This document shows positions 1-8,586 of a DNA stretch of 20,000 bases, piece by piece. The stretch is from an uncultured virus (IMG/VR IMGVR_UViG_3300028393_000047) (Duplodnaviria; Heunggongvirae; Uroviricota; Caudoviricetes). The stretch lies in IMG/VR virus record IMGVR_UViG_3300028393_000047, one strand, 5' to 3'. A program made the position numbers and the translations under genes. Every line of letters starts with the position of its first letter. Position 1 is the first letter of the stretch. The notes beneath the pieces are model-generated. The model was not told the origin of the DNA and made no database searches. It saw only the letters and a program-made list of their open reading frames with translations.

Positions 1-2
1 TA

Positions 3-191
3 ACAAATGCACCAACAGAAGTATTCGACATTAATTCTGATGCAGTCCGTTTGCGTACCGCTAGAACACCAGCAAGTTCAAACAATACAGCAGTTGGTTG
101 GGGAGTAGGTACAATTGCTTGGGATGCAAATTATCTTTACATTGCGGCAAATACGACACATATTAAGCGAGTGGCACTAAGCACGTTCTAA
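3..191 (+). CDS. C-terminal fragment of a probable virion/tail-fibre-type protein (5' truncated by window)
   Basis: Open frame from 3: TNAPTEVFDINSDAVRLRTARTPASSNNTAVGWGVGTIAWDANYLYIAANTTHIKRVALSTF*. The GTIAWDxNYLY...KRVALS ending resembles phage fibre C-termini. TAA overlaps the next ATG (TAATG 189-193). Confidence 0.6.
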   Translation, partial: TNAPTEVFDINSDAVRLRTARTPASSNNTAVGWGVGTIAWDANYLYIAANTTHIKRVALSTF

Positions 192-547
192 TGTCTACAT
201 TAAATGATGATAACTTTGATGAGTACGCAGTAAGCAACTACTTTAATCCTAATTGCATATCAGTTTTAGAGTTTTTAGATGATCTGAAAATTATCAAGTA
301 TATCAAAAGACTTATAAACAAATATGTAGATAAGAGTGAGTTGAAAGAGAGATTGATTTTGAATCACATAATTTCTCTTTCAAATGTGTTTGGTGCTGAA
401 GCGGCTGTCAATATGTTACGGTTCAAGATAGATATAAAAAACCATGATGTATTGAATGCATTTTTAGTTTATCTTGAGTATGTTAAATTAGAAGACGTAA
501 GAGTTTTAGATTTAGCATTGTACAACAAATTAAAGAAGAGTATATAA
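191..547 (+). CDS. Conserved T4-like phage hypothetical protein
   Basis: Motifs LNDDNF..YA...Y.NP.C....EF.DDLK..KYIKRL and LILNHII.L.NVFG, which I recognise from T4-like myophages. Translationally coupled on both sides. Confidence 0.75.
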   Translation: MSTLNDDNFDEYAVSNYFNPNCISVLEFLDDLKIIKYIKRLINKYVDKSELKERLILNHIISLSNVFGAEAAVNMLRFKIDIKNHDVLNAFLVYLEYVKLEDVRVLDLALYNKLKKSI

Positions 548-1588
548 GTGGCAAATTTAGTAGACTTATACTTAGTGTATAGAATTTTAAGATTGTTTAC
601 TACTCCGTTCGGAGAGTGGGAAGCATACAAAACTGGTGTTATTGATGACGAAGGAAACATTGTCGTACCTTCAGATAAAAGAACAATAGCACAAGATGAT
701 TCATTCACTAAGTTTGACTTATTGATTCTAAAACTTAAAAAAGTTTTGGAAAAATTGCCATTTGGTAAAACCAAACTTGCGTCCTATGCGGCCGCATTGT
801 TCCTTCTCAAAGAAGAAAAGAACATTAAAGAAGAAACGTTAGAAGAACAATTCTTAGACTATTACAATGGCAAGACATATTTGTCTGAAGGCGTAGAAGA
901 AGATGTTGCAAATGGAACTAGTGGCATTGCAGGCTTAGATGGTAATCCTCCAGCAAGCAGAACATTCTTACGTAGATTCGCAAAGAATGATGTATTTGTT
1001 GTTGACACAGAGCGTTTTAACAAAGCACGTACAGGTAAAAAGAAATATCTTAAGTATGAAAAGTATGTTGGTAGTGATGAAGTTGGAAATGCAATACGAA
1101 CCTACGGCAGAAAGTATCCTAAGAAGCCAATCATTCTACAAGATGAAAAGACTGGCTCAATGATTTTCTTACGACATGGGCGTAGTGGAATGTTTACAGA
1201 ACAATTTGAAAAAGAGCAATTAATTGAAGAAGTTTCTCAGGCGCAATTAAATGAATTAGAAAAATACCTAGATCAATTGTTCAAAGTGTTAAATGTTGAT
1301 GTTGCATTCACTAAACATTTTTTAGATAGAGTTAACGATTCACGCAATGGTAAACCTATCACAGTAGATGAATTGCAGTTGTTATTTAAAAAGACGATTC
1401 AAAAGTATGGTAAAAAGATTCCCGCATTGGGACCTGATGCTGAAGCAGTATTGAATGACATGAAGACGCAAATCAATTTGCCATTTGTATTGAAGTGGGA
1501 TAGAGATGCGGAAGAGTTAGATTTAGTAGCAAAGACAGTTATGCGTAAGAAAAACTTTATGACGCATAATCAGAAATTCACAGTATAA
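548..1588 (+). CDS. Conserved T4-like protein (possible internal head protein) with C-terminal RelE/RegB-like domain
   Basis: GTG start abutting the upstream TAA. N-terminal DLYLVYRILRLFTTPF..W.AYK.GVID..G and LASYAAALFLLKE motifs; acidic linkers with L/I-x-E motifs; C-terminal FTKHFLDRVND...LVAKTVMRK. Confidence 0.6.
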   Translation: MANLVDLYLVYRILRLFTTPFGEWEAYKTGVIDDEGNIVVPSDKRTIAQDDSFTKFDLLILKLKKVLEKLPFGKTKLASYAAALFLLKEEKNIKEETLEEQFLDYYNGKTYLSEGVEEDVANGTSGIAGLDGNPPASRTFLRRFAKNDVFVVDTERFNKARTGKKKYLKYEKYVGSDEVGNAIRTYGRKYPKKPIILQDEKTGSMIFLRHGRSGMFTEQFEKEQLIEEVSQAQLNELEKYLDQLFKVLNVDVAFTKHFLDRVNDSRNGKPITVDELQLLFKKTIQKYGKKIPALGPDAEAVLNDMKTQINLPFVLKWDRDAEELDLVAKTVMRKKNFMTHNQKFTV

Positions 1589-1597
1589 GGAAACAAT

Positions 1598-1717
1598 ATG
1601 TTAGAAACAATTTTTTGGATTTTAATCGGTGCATTTGTTGGTTGGCACTTTCCGCAACCTTCATGGGCGAAAACAATAGAAGCTAAAGTGCGTTCAGCAT
1701 TTGCAAGTAAAGAGTAA
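1598..1717 (+). CDS. Small membrane protein, 39 aa (not in ORF track)
   Basis: MLETIFWILIGAFVGWHFPQPSWAKTIEAKVRSAFASKE*; SD TAAGGA at 1586-1591; fills the gap between neighbouring genes. Confidence 0.7.
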   Translation: MLETIFWILIGAFVGWHFPQPSWAKTIEAKVRSAFASKE

Positions 1718-1722
1718 TTGTT

Positions 1723-2169
1723 ATGTGGATTTTGGAATGGCTTCCCAATTGGATATTCTATGCAATTTTCTTTGCAGGAATATTAGGAGTTATTGCAACA
1801 TACGTACTAGGATTCATTCCTTTTCTTTCTGCATATAAAATTCCTATTCAAGTAATATCTATTATTGCTATTGTTGTTGGCACATACATGGCTGGAGCAA
1901 TATCAAATGAAGAGTCATGGCTTGCTAAAGTAAAAGATGTTGAAGCAAAAGTAGCAGAAGTTCAAGTACAGTCTGCTAAAGAAAATATAAAGATAGTAGA
2001 AAAAGTTGTCAAGAAACTTGAAATTGTTAGAGTGCAAGGCAACGAAGTCATAAAATATGTTGACAGAGAAGTTGTCAAGTATGACATTAAATTTGCGCCA
2101 GGTGGTATATGTGAGATACCTAAAGAATTTTTCATAGCACATAATGATTCGGCTAAGGATTCAAGATGA
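1723..2169 (+). CDS. i-spanin (Rz-like)
   Basis: N-terminal TM segments, then a coiled-coil region with VEKVVKKLEIV..., ending C.IP..F...HN.SA; ATGA overlap with a downstream lipoprotein. Confidence 0.75.
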   Translation: MWILEWLPNWIFYAIFFAGILGVIATYVLGFIPFLSAYKIPIQVISIIAIVVGTYMAGAISNEESWLAKVKDVEAKVAEVQVQSAKENIKIVEKVVKKLEIVRVQGNEVIKYVDREVVKYDIKFAPGGICEIPKEFFIAHNDSAKDSR

Positions 2170-2435
2170 TTAAATACCTTGCACCTTTATTGCTTATATT
2201 AATAGCAGGCTGTTCAACTGTCGTTCCAGTGACAGTCAAGTTTCCTGATGCACCAGATAGAATAAAAATCAGATGCCCTCAGTTAAAAACTCTAAGCGAA
2301 GAGGCTAAGTTATCTGACATAGCCAAAACAATAACCGAAAACTATACAACGTATTACGAATGTGCAGTTAAACACGATGCTTGGACGGAATGGTACGAGA
2401 CCCAAAAAATAATTTTCGAGAAGTTAAACAAATGA
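2166..2435 (+). CDS. o-spanin (Rz1-like outer-membrane lipoprotein)
   Basis: Signal peptide with lipobox LIAG|C, Pro-rich N-region (VPVTVKFPDAP), CPQL and Y.ECAVKH Cys motifs. Confidence 0.82.
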   Translation: MIKYLAPLLLILIAGCSTVVPVTVKFPDAPDRIKIRCPQLKTLSEEAKLSDIAKTITENYTTYYECAVKHDAWTEWYETQKIIFEKLNK

Positions 2436-2863
2436 GTGATGCTACGGTAGAATTAAAAGTTGATGTGGAAGTCTTAAAGAATCAAGTATTGACTATCACA
2501 CAGCTTTGTGGTAAAATGGACTCAGTTATTGAGAAGCTGGTGGACAACCACGACCGCATGGTTAATCAAATCTATAACGATATGGAAAAAAGAAAAAACG
2601 ATACCAATACAGATATCAAGGAATTACATTCCAGAATTACTACAATTAGTCGTGAGGTATCGGATAAAGTTGAATTGACGGAACGTAGAATTATGGATGA
2701 GATTAAAGCACTCCGTGAAGAAATTCAAGAACATAATAAAAAAGAAGAAAATGATTTGCAAAAAATTCTTCAATGGAAATGGATGGTAGCTGGTGGTATG
2801 GTTGTTCTTGCTTGGGTAATCTCTAACGTAAACTTAACCGCACTATCAAAAATATTTAACTAA
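2432..2863 (+). CDS. Coiled-coil protein with C-terminal TM anchor (gp61.1-like position upstream of primase)
   Basis: Start reassigned to ATG 2432 (ATGA overlap with the o-spanin stop); long heptad region and hydrophobic WKWMVAGGMVVLAWVI. Confidence 0.65.
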   Translation: MSDATVELKVDVEVLKNQVLTITQLCGKMDSVIEKLVDNHDRMVNQIYNDMEKRKNDTNTDIKELHSRITTISREVSDKVELTERRIMDEIKALREEIQEHNKKEENDLQKILQWKWMVAGGMVVLAWVISNVNLTALSKIFN

Positions 2864-2892
2864 TTGACTTCCGTCTGAATGTCTGATATAAT
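2864..2892 (+). promoter_or_regulatory. sigma70-type promoter upstream of primase
   Basis: TTGACT (2864-2869), 17 bp spacer, TATAAT (2887-2892); -10 flanked by a 9-bp inverted repeat (2876-2884 / 2893-2901). Confidence 0.8.
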
Positions 2893-2930
2893 AGACATTC
2901 AATTGACATTGTATATTATGAGAAACATTT

Positions 2931-3953
2931 ATGAGTATTTGGATAGACCAAAAGTATATTGGTACACTTTCAGTTCGCTTGGACAAATTTGTTCGCAAAG
3001 GCGACTACACCTATAACTTCAGATGCCCTATCTGTGGTGATTCCCAAACAAATAGAAACAAGGCACGTGGATACATCTTTGCACAAAAAGGTGGGCTATT
3101 CTACAAGTGCCACAATTGTGCTGTCAGCATTTCGCTTGGCAGTCTAATCAAAGCAGTTGATCCCAATCTCTACAAAGAGTATTGCTTAGAGCGATACAAA
3201 GAAGGTGAGACTGGTCGTAAAGCACACAAAGAACACGGATTCGTTTTTAAGCCTGTTGTATTCGGTAGCAACAAAACGGACAATCTAAAAGGTGTTCTAA
3301 CTCCCCTATCTAAACTCAGCGATACGCATGAAGCGATTGTATATGCACGTTTACGAAAGATTCCTGAGGATAGATTAAAGTCGTTATACTATGTTGACAA
3401 TGTTCAAAAGTTAAAAGTTTTCTCGCCAGAGTATGAAGAGAAGATTGTAACTGACGAGCCTAGAATTGTATTGCCGTTCTATGATAGCGATGATGAATTG
3501 GTTGGACTAACGGCACGTGGTATTCGTGGTGAGAAGTTGCGATACATCGTGATGAAAATAAAAGATGATTCGCCTATGATTTTCAACATGAACGGGATAG
3601 ATATAACACAGACTATTTTTGTGACTGAAGGACCAATTGACAGTCTATTCTTACCCAATGCAGTTGCAGTTGGAAATTCAAATCTGAAGTATGCACTCAA
3701 TCACTTACCGAAAGATAAGTTGGTATTGATCTATGATAATGAACCACGTAATAAAGAAATCGTAAGAGAGATAGGTGACGCAATTAGTGCAGGTGCAAAT
3801 GTAGCAATCTGGCCTAAATCATATCAAGAAAAAGATATAAATGATATGATACTAGCCGGAAAAGCGCAGAATGAAATCTTGGATACAATAAATAAATTTA
3901 CCTTTCGTGGTCCTAAAGCACTACTTGAATTCAACATATGGAAGATGAGATGA
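2931..3953 (+). CDS. gp61: DNA primase, T4 gp61-like
   Basis: Zn-binding NFRCPICGDS...KARGY...YKCHNC; TOPRIM motifs VTEGPIDSLF, YDNEPRN, KDINDM. Confidence 0.95.
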   Translation: MSIWIDQKYIGTLSVRLDKFVRKGDYTYNFRCPICGDSQTNRNKARGYIFAQKGGLFYKCHNCAVSISLGSLIKAVDPNLYKEYCLERYKEGETGRKAHKEHGFVFKPVVFGSNKTDNLKGVLTPLSKLSDTHEAIVYARLRKIPEDRLKSLYYVDNVQKLKVFSPEYEEKIVTDEPRIVLPFYDSDDELVGLTARGIRGEKLRYIVMKIKDDSPMIFNMNGIDITQTIFVTEGPIDSLFLPNAVAVGNSNLKYALNHLPKDKLVLIYDNEPRNKEIVREIGDAISAGANVAIWPKSYQEKDINDMILAGKAQNEILDTINKFTFRGPKALLEFNIWKMR

Positions 3954-3980
3954 ACGTAAAATTAATAAGAAGGAATTTGA

Positions 3981-5780
3981 ATGTCAACTGATATTGTAAT
4001 TGACTACAGTAGAGACTCATTATTTGATGAGTTAGGTATTAAAAGATTGAAAGAAAGTTATATGAAGGAGGATGAAACCTCTCCACAAGAAAGGTTTGCT
4101 CATGTCTCAAAAGCATTTGGTTCCAATCCAGAACACGCACAGCGATTATACGAATACAGCAGTAAACATTGGTTGTCTTATTCTACTCCCATTCTTTCTT
4201 TTGGTCGCAGTAGCCGTGGGCTGCCTATTTCATGTTTTCTTCCATATCTACACGATAGCGCAGAAGGGCTTGTTAACTGTCTTGCGGAAGTAAATTGGTT
4301 GTCTATGTTGGGAGGTGGTGTCGGTATTGGTGTCAGCATTCGCAGTTCGGATGATAAGTCGGTTGGAGTCATGCCCCACCTTCGCACATATGACGCATCA
4401 AGTCTTGCATATCGTCAAGGGCGCACCCGCCGTGGTTCTTATGCTACATATCTTGATATCTCTCATCCTGATATTCTTCTATTTCTTGAAATGAGAAAGC
4501 CTACGGGCGATCCTAATCTGCGTACACTCAATCTACATCATGGCATCAACATTCCAGATTCATTTATGCAAATCGTTGAACGATGTATGCAAGACAAAGA
4601 TGCAGATGATTCTTGGGAATTAAAAGACCCACATAGTAATGAAGTGCGAGAAGTGGTTTCTGCAAAAGACTTGTGGCAACGTATACTTGACATCCGTATG
4701 CAGACTGGTGAGCCATATCTACATTTCATTGACGCAAGCAATCGTGCTATGCCACAGTTTCAAAAAGATTTGGGACTAAGTATTAAGCAGAGTAATCTTT
4801 GCTCTGAAATTATTTTACCTACAGATAAAGATAGAACAGCAGTATGTTGTTTGTCTTCAGTTAACTTGGAGTACTTTGATGATTGGAAAACTGATCCTTT
4901 ATTTCTTGCTGATATTGCTGAAATGCTCGACAATGTTCTTCAGTATTTTATTGATAATGCTCCTGCCGCCGTTGAACGTGCAAGGTTCTCTGCCATACGT
5001 GAGCGCAGTATTGGCATCGGTGCTTTGGGGTTTCATGCTTATCTACAACGAAATAACGTCCCATTTGAATCCGCACTTGCAGTCGGAAGAAACAAACAAA
5101 TCTTCTCACACATAAGGGAACAACTCAATGATGCGAATCTTAAATTGGGTAAAGAGCGAGGTGAAGCTATTGATGCTGTTGGCACTGGCCAACGTTTTAG
5201 TCATCTTATGGCTATTGCTCCAAATGCTTCTTCGTCTATCATCATGGGAAATACTAGCCCTAGTATCGAACCTTATCGTGCTAATGCTTATCGTCAGGAC
5301 ACTTTATCAGGGTCATCGTTAGCCAAAAACAAATGGTTAGATAGAGTTATTCAAAAATATCTTTCAGGTGATGGAGATACAGTATCACAAAATGATTACA
5401 ATGATATTTGGTCTTCAATCATTGCAAACGATGGTTCTGTACAACATCTAACATGGATGGACGATTGGACAAAAGATGTATTCAAGACTTCTATGGAGAT
5501 TGACCAACGTTGGTTAGTTAATCATGCCGCAGATAGACAAGTGTATATTGACCAAGCACAATCATTGAATCTATTTTTTCGACCTGATGTGAACATTATG
5601 TATCTACATGCAGTACACTTTCAAGCATGGAAGCAAGGACTCAAAACATTGTACTATTGTCGTTCAGAAAAGATTGGTAAAGCAGATAAAGTATCTAAAC
5701 GTATTGAACGTGAAGTAATTAAAGAACTAGATATGAAAGCACTTATTGATGGTGATGCATGTCTTGCATGTGAAGGATAA
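3981..5780 (+). CDS. nrdA: Ribonucleotide reductase class I alpha subunit (short form, no ATP cone)
   Basis: PISCF, SNLCSEI, AVCCLSS, APNASSS, KTLYYCRS, C-terminal CLACEG; SD AAGGA upstream. Confidence 0.96.
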   Translation: MSTDIVIDYSRDSLFDELGIKRLKESYMKEDETSPQERFAHVSKAFGSNPEHAQRLYEYSSKHWLSYSTPILSFGRSSRGLPISCFLPYLHDSAEGLVNCLAEVNWLSMLGGGVGIGVSIRSSDDKSVGVMPHLRTYDASSLAYRQGRTRRGSYATYLDISHPDILLFLEMRKPTGDPNLRTLNLHHGINIPDSFMQIVERCMQDKDADDSWELKDPHSNEVREVVSAKDLWQRILDIRMQTGEPYLHFIDASNRAMPQFQKDLGLSIKQSNLCSEIILPTDKDRTAVCCLSSVNLEYFDDWKTDPLFLADIAEMLDNVLQYFIDNAPAAVERARFSAIRERSIGIGALGFHAYLQRNNVPFESALAVGRNKQIFSHIREQLNDANLKLGKERGEAIDAVGTGQRFSHLMAIAPNASSSIIMGNTSPSIEPYRANAYRQDTLSGSSLAKNKWLDRVIQKYLSGDGDTVSQNDYNDIWSSIIANDGSVQHLTWMDDWTKDVFKTSMEIDQRWLVNHAADRQVYIDQAQSLNLFFRPDVNIMYLHAVHFQAWKQGLKTLYYCRSEKIGKADKVSKRIEREVIKELDMKALIDGDACLACEG

Positions 5781-5783
5781 AAA

Positions 5784-6026
5784 ATGAAAGTACTTAGATT
5801 TACAGCATCATGGTGTCAGCCATGTAAGATGTTAGCAAAAACATTAGAAGATGTTGATACTCAAATTCCAATTGAAGTTATTGACATTGATGAGAATCAA
5901 CAACTCGCAGTAGACTATGGCATTCGTGGTGTTCCCACTTTAGTCATGTTAGATGGTGACATTGAAGTTAAAAGATTTTCTGGCATGAAAATGAAAAATG
6001 AATTAACAGAATGGTTGGGTGCTTAA
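5784..6026 (+). CDS. Thioredoxin
   Basis: FTASWCQPCK active site and GVPTL cis-Pro motif; lies between nrdA and nrdB. Confidence 0.93.
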   Translation: MKVLRFTASWCQPCKMLAKTLEDVDTQIPIEVIDIDENQQLAVDYGIRGVPTLVMLDGDIEVKRFSGMKMKNELTEWLGA

Positions 6027-6326
6027 ATGGATTGGAATTTTGGTGTAATGGAATTAATTTTTCTTGTTAGTTGCATAATCATTTTCATTAGAAACAGAAT
6101 GCATAAAGCAGAAAATGAAATTGACAGAGTGATGAGAGAAGCTGAACAAGTCAAATATAAAAACATGGATATATTAATTTGTAAAACTGAAGTGCATGAT
6201 AACCAAATCTTTATTTACGAAAGAAAAACAAATGTGTTCATCACACAACAACCAACCATCGAAAGTACATTCACGTACTTTATGAATAACTATCCTGGCC
6301 AAAGAATACATTTCGGAGAAGAATAA
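6027..6326 (+). CDS. Hypothetical protein with N-terminal TM helix
   Basis: Abuts both neighbours; hydrophobic LIFLVSCIIIFI. Confidence 0.65.
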   Translation: MDWNFGVMELIFLVSCIIIFIRNRMHKAENEIDRVMREAEQVKYKNMDILICKTEVHDNQIFIYERKTNVFITQQPTIESTFTYFMNNYPGQRIHFGEE

Positions 6327-6329
6327 CAA

Positions 6330-7325
6330 ATGAGTATAACAAAAATAAAAAGTAATTTAATGGATAGCAGAGATGCATTCAAGCCATTCAACTATCCGTG
6401 GGCATATGATGCATGGTTAAAGCATGAACAGAGTCATTGGTTACATACAGAAGTTCCAATGGCTGAAGATGTAAAAGATTGGAAGAAAAAGTTAACAGCA
6501 GAAGAGAAACATTTTCTCACAAACATTTTTCGTTTCTTCACACAGGGTGACATTGACGTTGCTGGTGGTTATGTAAAGAACTATCTGCCATACTTCAAGC
6601 AACCAGAAGTGCGTATGATGTTGCTTGGCTTTGCCGCTAGAGAAGCGTTGCACGTTGCCGCATATTCGCATCTGATTGAAACATTAGGTCTACCAGATAC
6701 AACATACAATGAGTTCTTAGCATATCAAGAAATGAAAGACAAACACGATTATGTGTTAGACATTTCAAATGCAAATGGTGACTTGCAATCTACTGCTACA
6801 CACATTGCAGTATTCTCCGCATTCACAGAAGGTATGCAGTTGTTCTCTTCATTCATCATGCTTTTGAACTTTCCACGCATGGGTAAAATGAGAGGCATGG
6901 GACAGATCGTTACTTGGTCTATTGTAGATGAGACACAACATTGTGAATCTATGATTAAACTATTCAGATCATTCATTCAAGAAAACAATGAGATTTGGAA
7001 TGATGAATTGAAATCACGCATATATACTATAGCAGAACGAATGGTTGAACTTGAAGACAAGTTTATTGACTTAGCATTCGGCATCAATGAGATGGAAGGA
7101 CTTACTTCAGAAGAAGTTAAGAAATACATTCGTTATATTGCAGACAGGCGCCTTATCAGTCTTGGATTGAAAGGTATTTTTAAAGTAAAAAGAAATCCAT
7201 TACCTTGGGTTGAAGAAATGATTAATGCACCAACGCATACTAATTTCTTTGAGAACAGAGCAACCGACTATGCAAAGGGTGCTACAAAAGGTGATTGGGC
7301 AGATGTATGGGGGAAAGCGGCATGA
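6330..7325 (+). CDS. nrdB: Ribonucleotide reductase class I beta subunit
   Basis: FFTQGD, REALHVAAY (E/H ligands and radical Tyr), EGMQLFSSF, DETQH, NFFENRATDY. Confidence 0.96.
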   Translation: MSITKIKSNLMDSRDAFKPFNYPWAYDAWLKHEQSHWLHTEVPMAEDVKDWKKKLTAEEKHFLTNIFRFFTQGDIDVAGGYVKNYLPYFKQPEVRMMLLGFAAREALHVAAYSHLIETLGLPDTTYNEFLAYQEMKDKHDYVLDISNANGDLQSTATHIAVFSAFTEGMQLFSSFIMLLNFPRMGKMRGMGQIVTWSIVDETQHCESMIKLFRSFIQENNEIWNDELKSRIYTIAERMVELEDKFIDLAFGINEMEGLTSEEVKKYIRYIADRRLISLGLKGIFKVKRNPLPWVEEMINAPTHTNFFENRATDYAKGATKGDWADVWGKAA

Positions 7326-8122
7326 AAAAAATATTAGTATCGTTATTCATCTTATTATCATTTAATGCATTTGCATGGACTCAACGTGCGCCTTTATCAC
7401 CTCAAGCATGTGCGGTTCATGCGCCTTATGGATTCCCTGTTGTGCAAAATGTTCAGCCAATTTGCAGAGAAGCATATCTTGTTGGATATGATGAACAAGC
7501 AAAGATTCCAAAGTTTGTAACATACGAATTAACTCCTCCGAATGCATTGGGTTGTGTAGCACGTACTAATGCATTTGTTGCAGATCAATCAGTACCTAAT
7601 GGTCCACGTCCAGATGATTATGTTGGCACGGGTTACGACAAAGGTCATGCGGCACCAGATGGTGATTTGTCTTGGGATGTTCAAGTTGAATATGAATCTT
7701 TCCTAATGACAAACATGTATCCACAAGCAGGTTCACTAAATCGTGGTGTTTGGAAATTACTCGAAACTTCTGTTCGTGGTTGGGCAGTTCAGCTAAATCA
7801 ACCTTTTACTATATACGTTGGTGCATTTTATGGTGCTGGTGATAAAACAATTGGGAATGGTGTTGTTGTTCCACATGGTTATTATAAAATTGTAATCAAT
7901 AATACAACACATGAGGTTGCTGGATGGAAATTTCCGCATGTACCACCATATCCAAATCTCGGAAATGACATGCGTGTATATCGTGTGCCAATCTCAGAAA
8001 TAGAAAAACAAGCTGGTGTAAAGTACTTATTTCCATCTAAAGCAAAAGAGTTAGAACCTGGTCAAGAATGGCCAGTTGATTTTGGTGCACTAACTAATGC
8101 TAAACGTAAAAAGTGTGGATAA
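7322..8122 (+). CDS. Exported DNA/RNA non-specific endonuclease (NucA/EndA-type beta-beta-alpha-Me)
   Basis: Start reassigned to ATG 7322 (ATGA overlap with nrdB stop); Sec signal MKKILVSLFILLSFNAFA; YDKGH.AP, SFLMTNMYPQ..SLNRGVWKLLE, VP..YYKIV. Confidence 0.9.
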   Translation: MKKILVSLFILLSFNAFAWTQRAPLSPQACAVHAPYGFPVVQNVQPICREAYLVGYDEQAKIPKFVTYELTPPNALGCVARTNAFVADQSVPNGPRPDDYVGTGYDKGHAAPDGDLSWDVQVEYESFLMTNMYPQAGSLNRGVWKLLETSVRGWAVQLNQPFTIYVGAFYGAGDKTIGNGVVVPHGYYKIVINNTTHEVAGWKFPHVPPYPNLGNDMRVYRVPISEIEKQAGVKYLFPSKAKELEPGQEWPVDFGALTNAKRKKCG

Positions 8123-8134
8123 AAGGATTAACAA

Positions 8135-8431
8135 ATGAAAAAAATATTAACTGTATTTTTGTTAATGGTGTCTGCTTCATCATTTGCACAGCACCATGGT
8201 TATCATCACGGTTATGGACTTAGACCATATAATTGGATTGGACCTACAATCATAGGCGGTGTTATTGGATACGAAATTGCACGACAACAACCTATAATTG
8301 TTCAGCAACAGCCCGTATTTGTTCAACAGCAACCCGTTATAATTCAACAGTCGCCGCAAGTGTGTACTGATTGGAAAGAAATTCAATATCCTGATGGCAA
8401 ACTTTATCGTGAAAGAACTTGCACACAATAA
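8135..8431 (+). CDS. Small exported protein with Gly-rich hydrophobic segment and QQP repeats
   Basis: Signal peptide ending SSFA; PTIIGGVIGYEIA; QQPIIV-QQQPVFV-QQQPVII; two C-terminal Cys; SD AAGGA. Confidence 0.75.
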   Translation: MKKILTVFLLMVSASSFAQHHGYHHGYGLRPYNWIGPTIIGGVIGYEIARQQPIIVQQQPVFVQQQPVIIQQSPQVCTDWKEIQYPDGKLYRERTCTQ

Positions 8432-8433
8432 TC

Positions 8434-8583
8434 ATGTGGAGACTATGGGCAAAAGCACTAGGTGAAAAGGCTAGTGCATGTGATAAAGAGTCGGACAGAG
8501 TTGCAATTATCAGAACAATTATTGTGCTTTGCTATATAATAACAAACATATTCATCGTAGCAGGCGTTATAAGGCATTGGTAA
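8434..8583 (+). CDS. Small membrane protein, 49 aa (not in ORF track)
   Basis: MWRLWAKALGEKASACDKESDRVAIIRTIIVLCYIITNIFIVAGVIRHW*; fills the gap 8432-8586. Confidence 0.75.
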   Translation: MWRLWAKALGEKASACDKESDRVAIIRTIIVLCYIITNIFIVAGVIRHW

Positions 8584-8586
8584 AAC

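Noticed and set aside
2903..2908. Extra TTGACA (also at 19921-19926)
   Set aside because: No -10 hexamer at suitable spacing.
3888..3894. ATAAATA late-promoter-like motif inside primase (another near 11268)
   Set aside because: Intragenic and expected by chance in AT-rich DNA.
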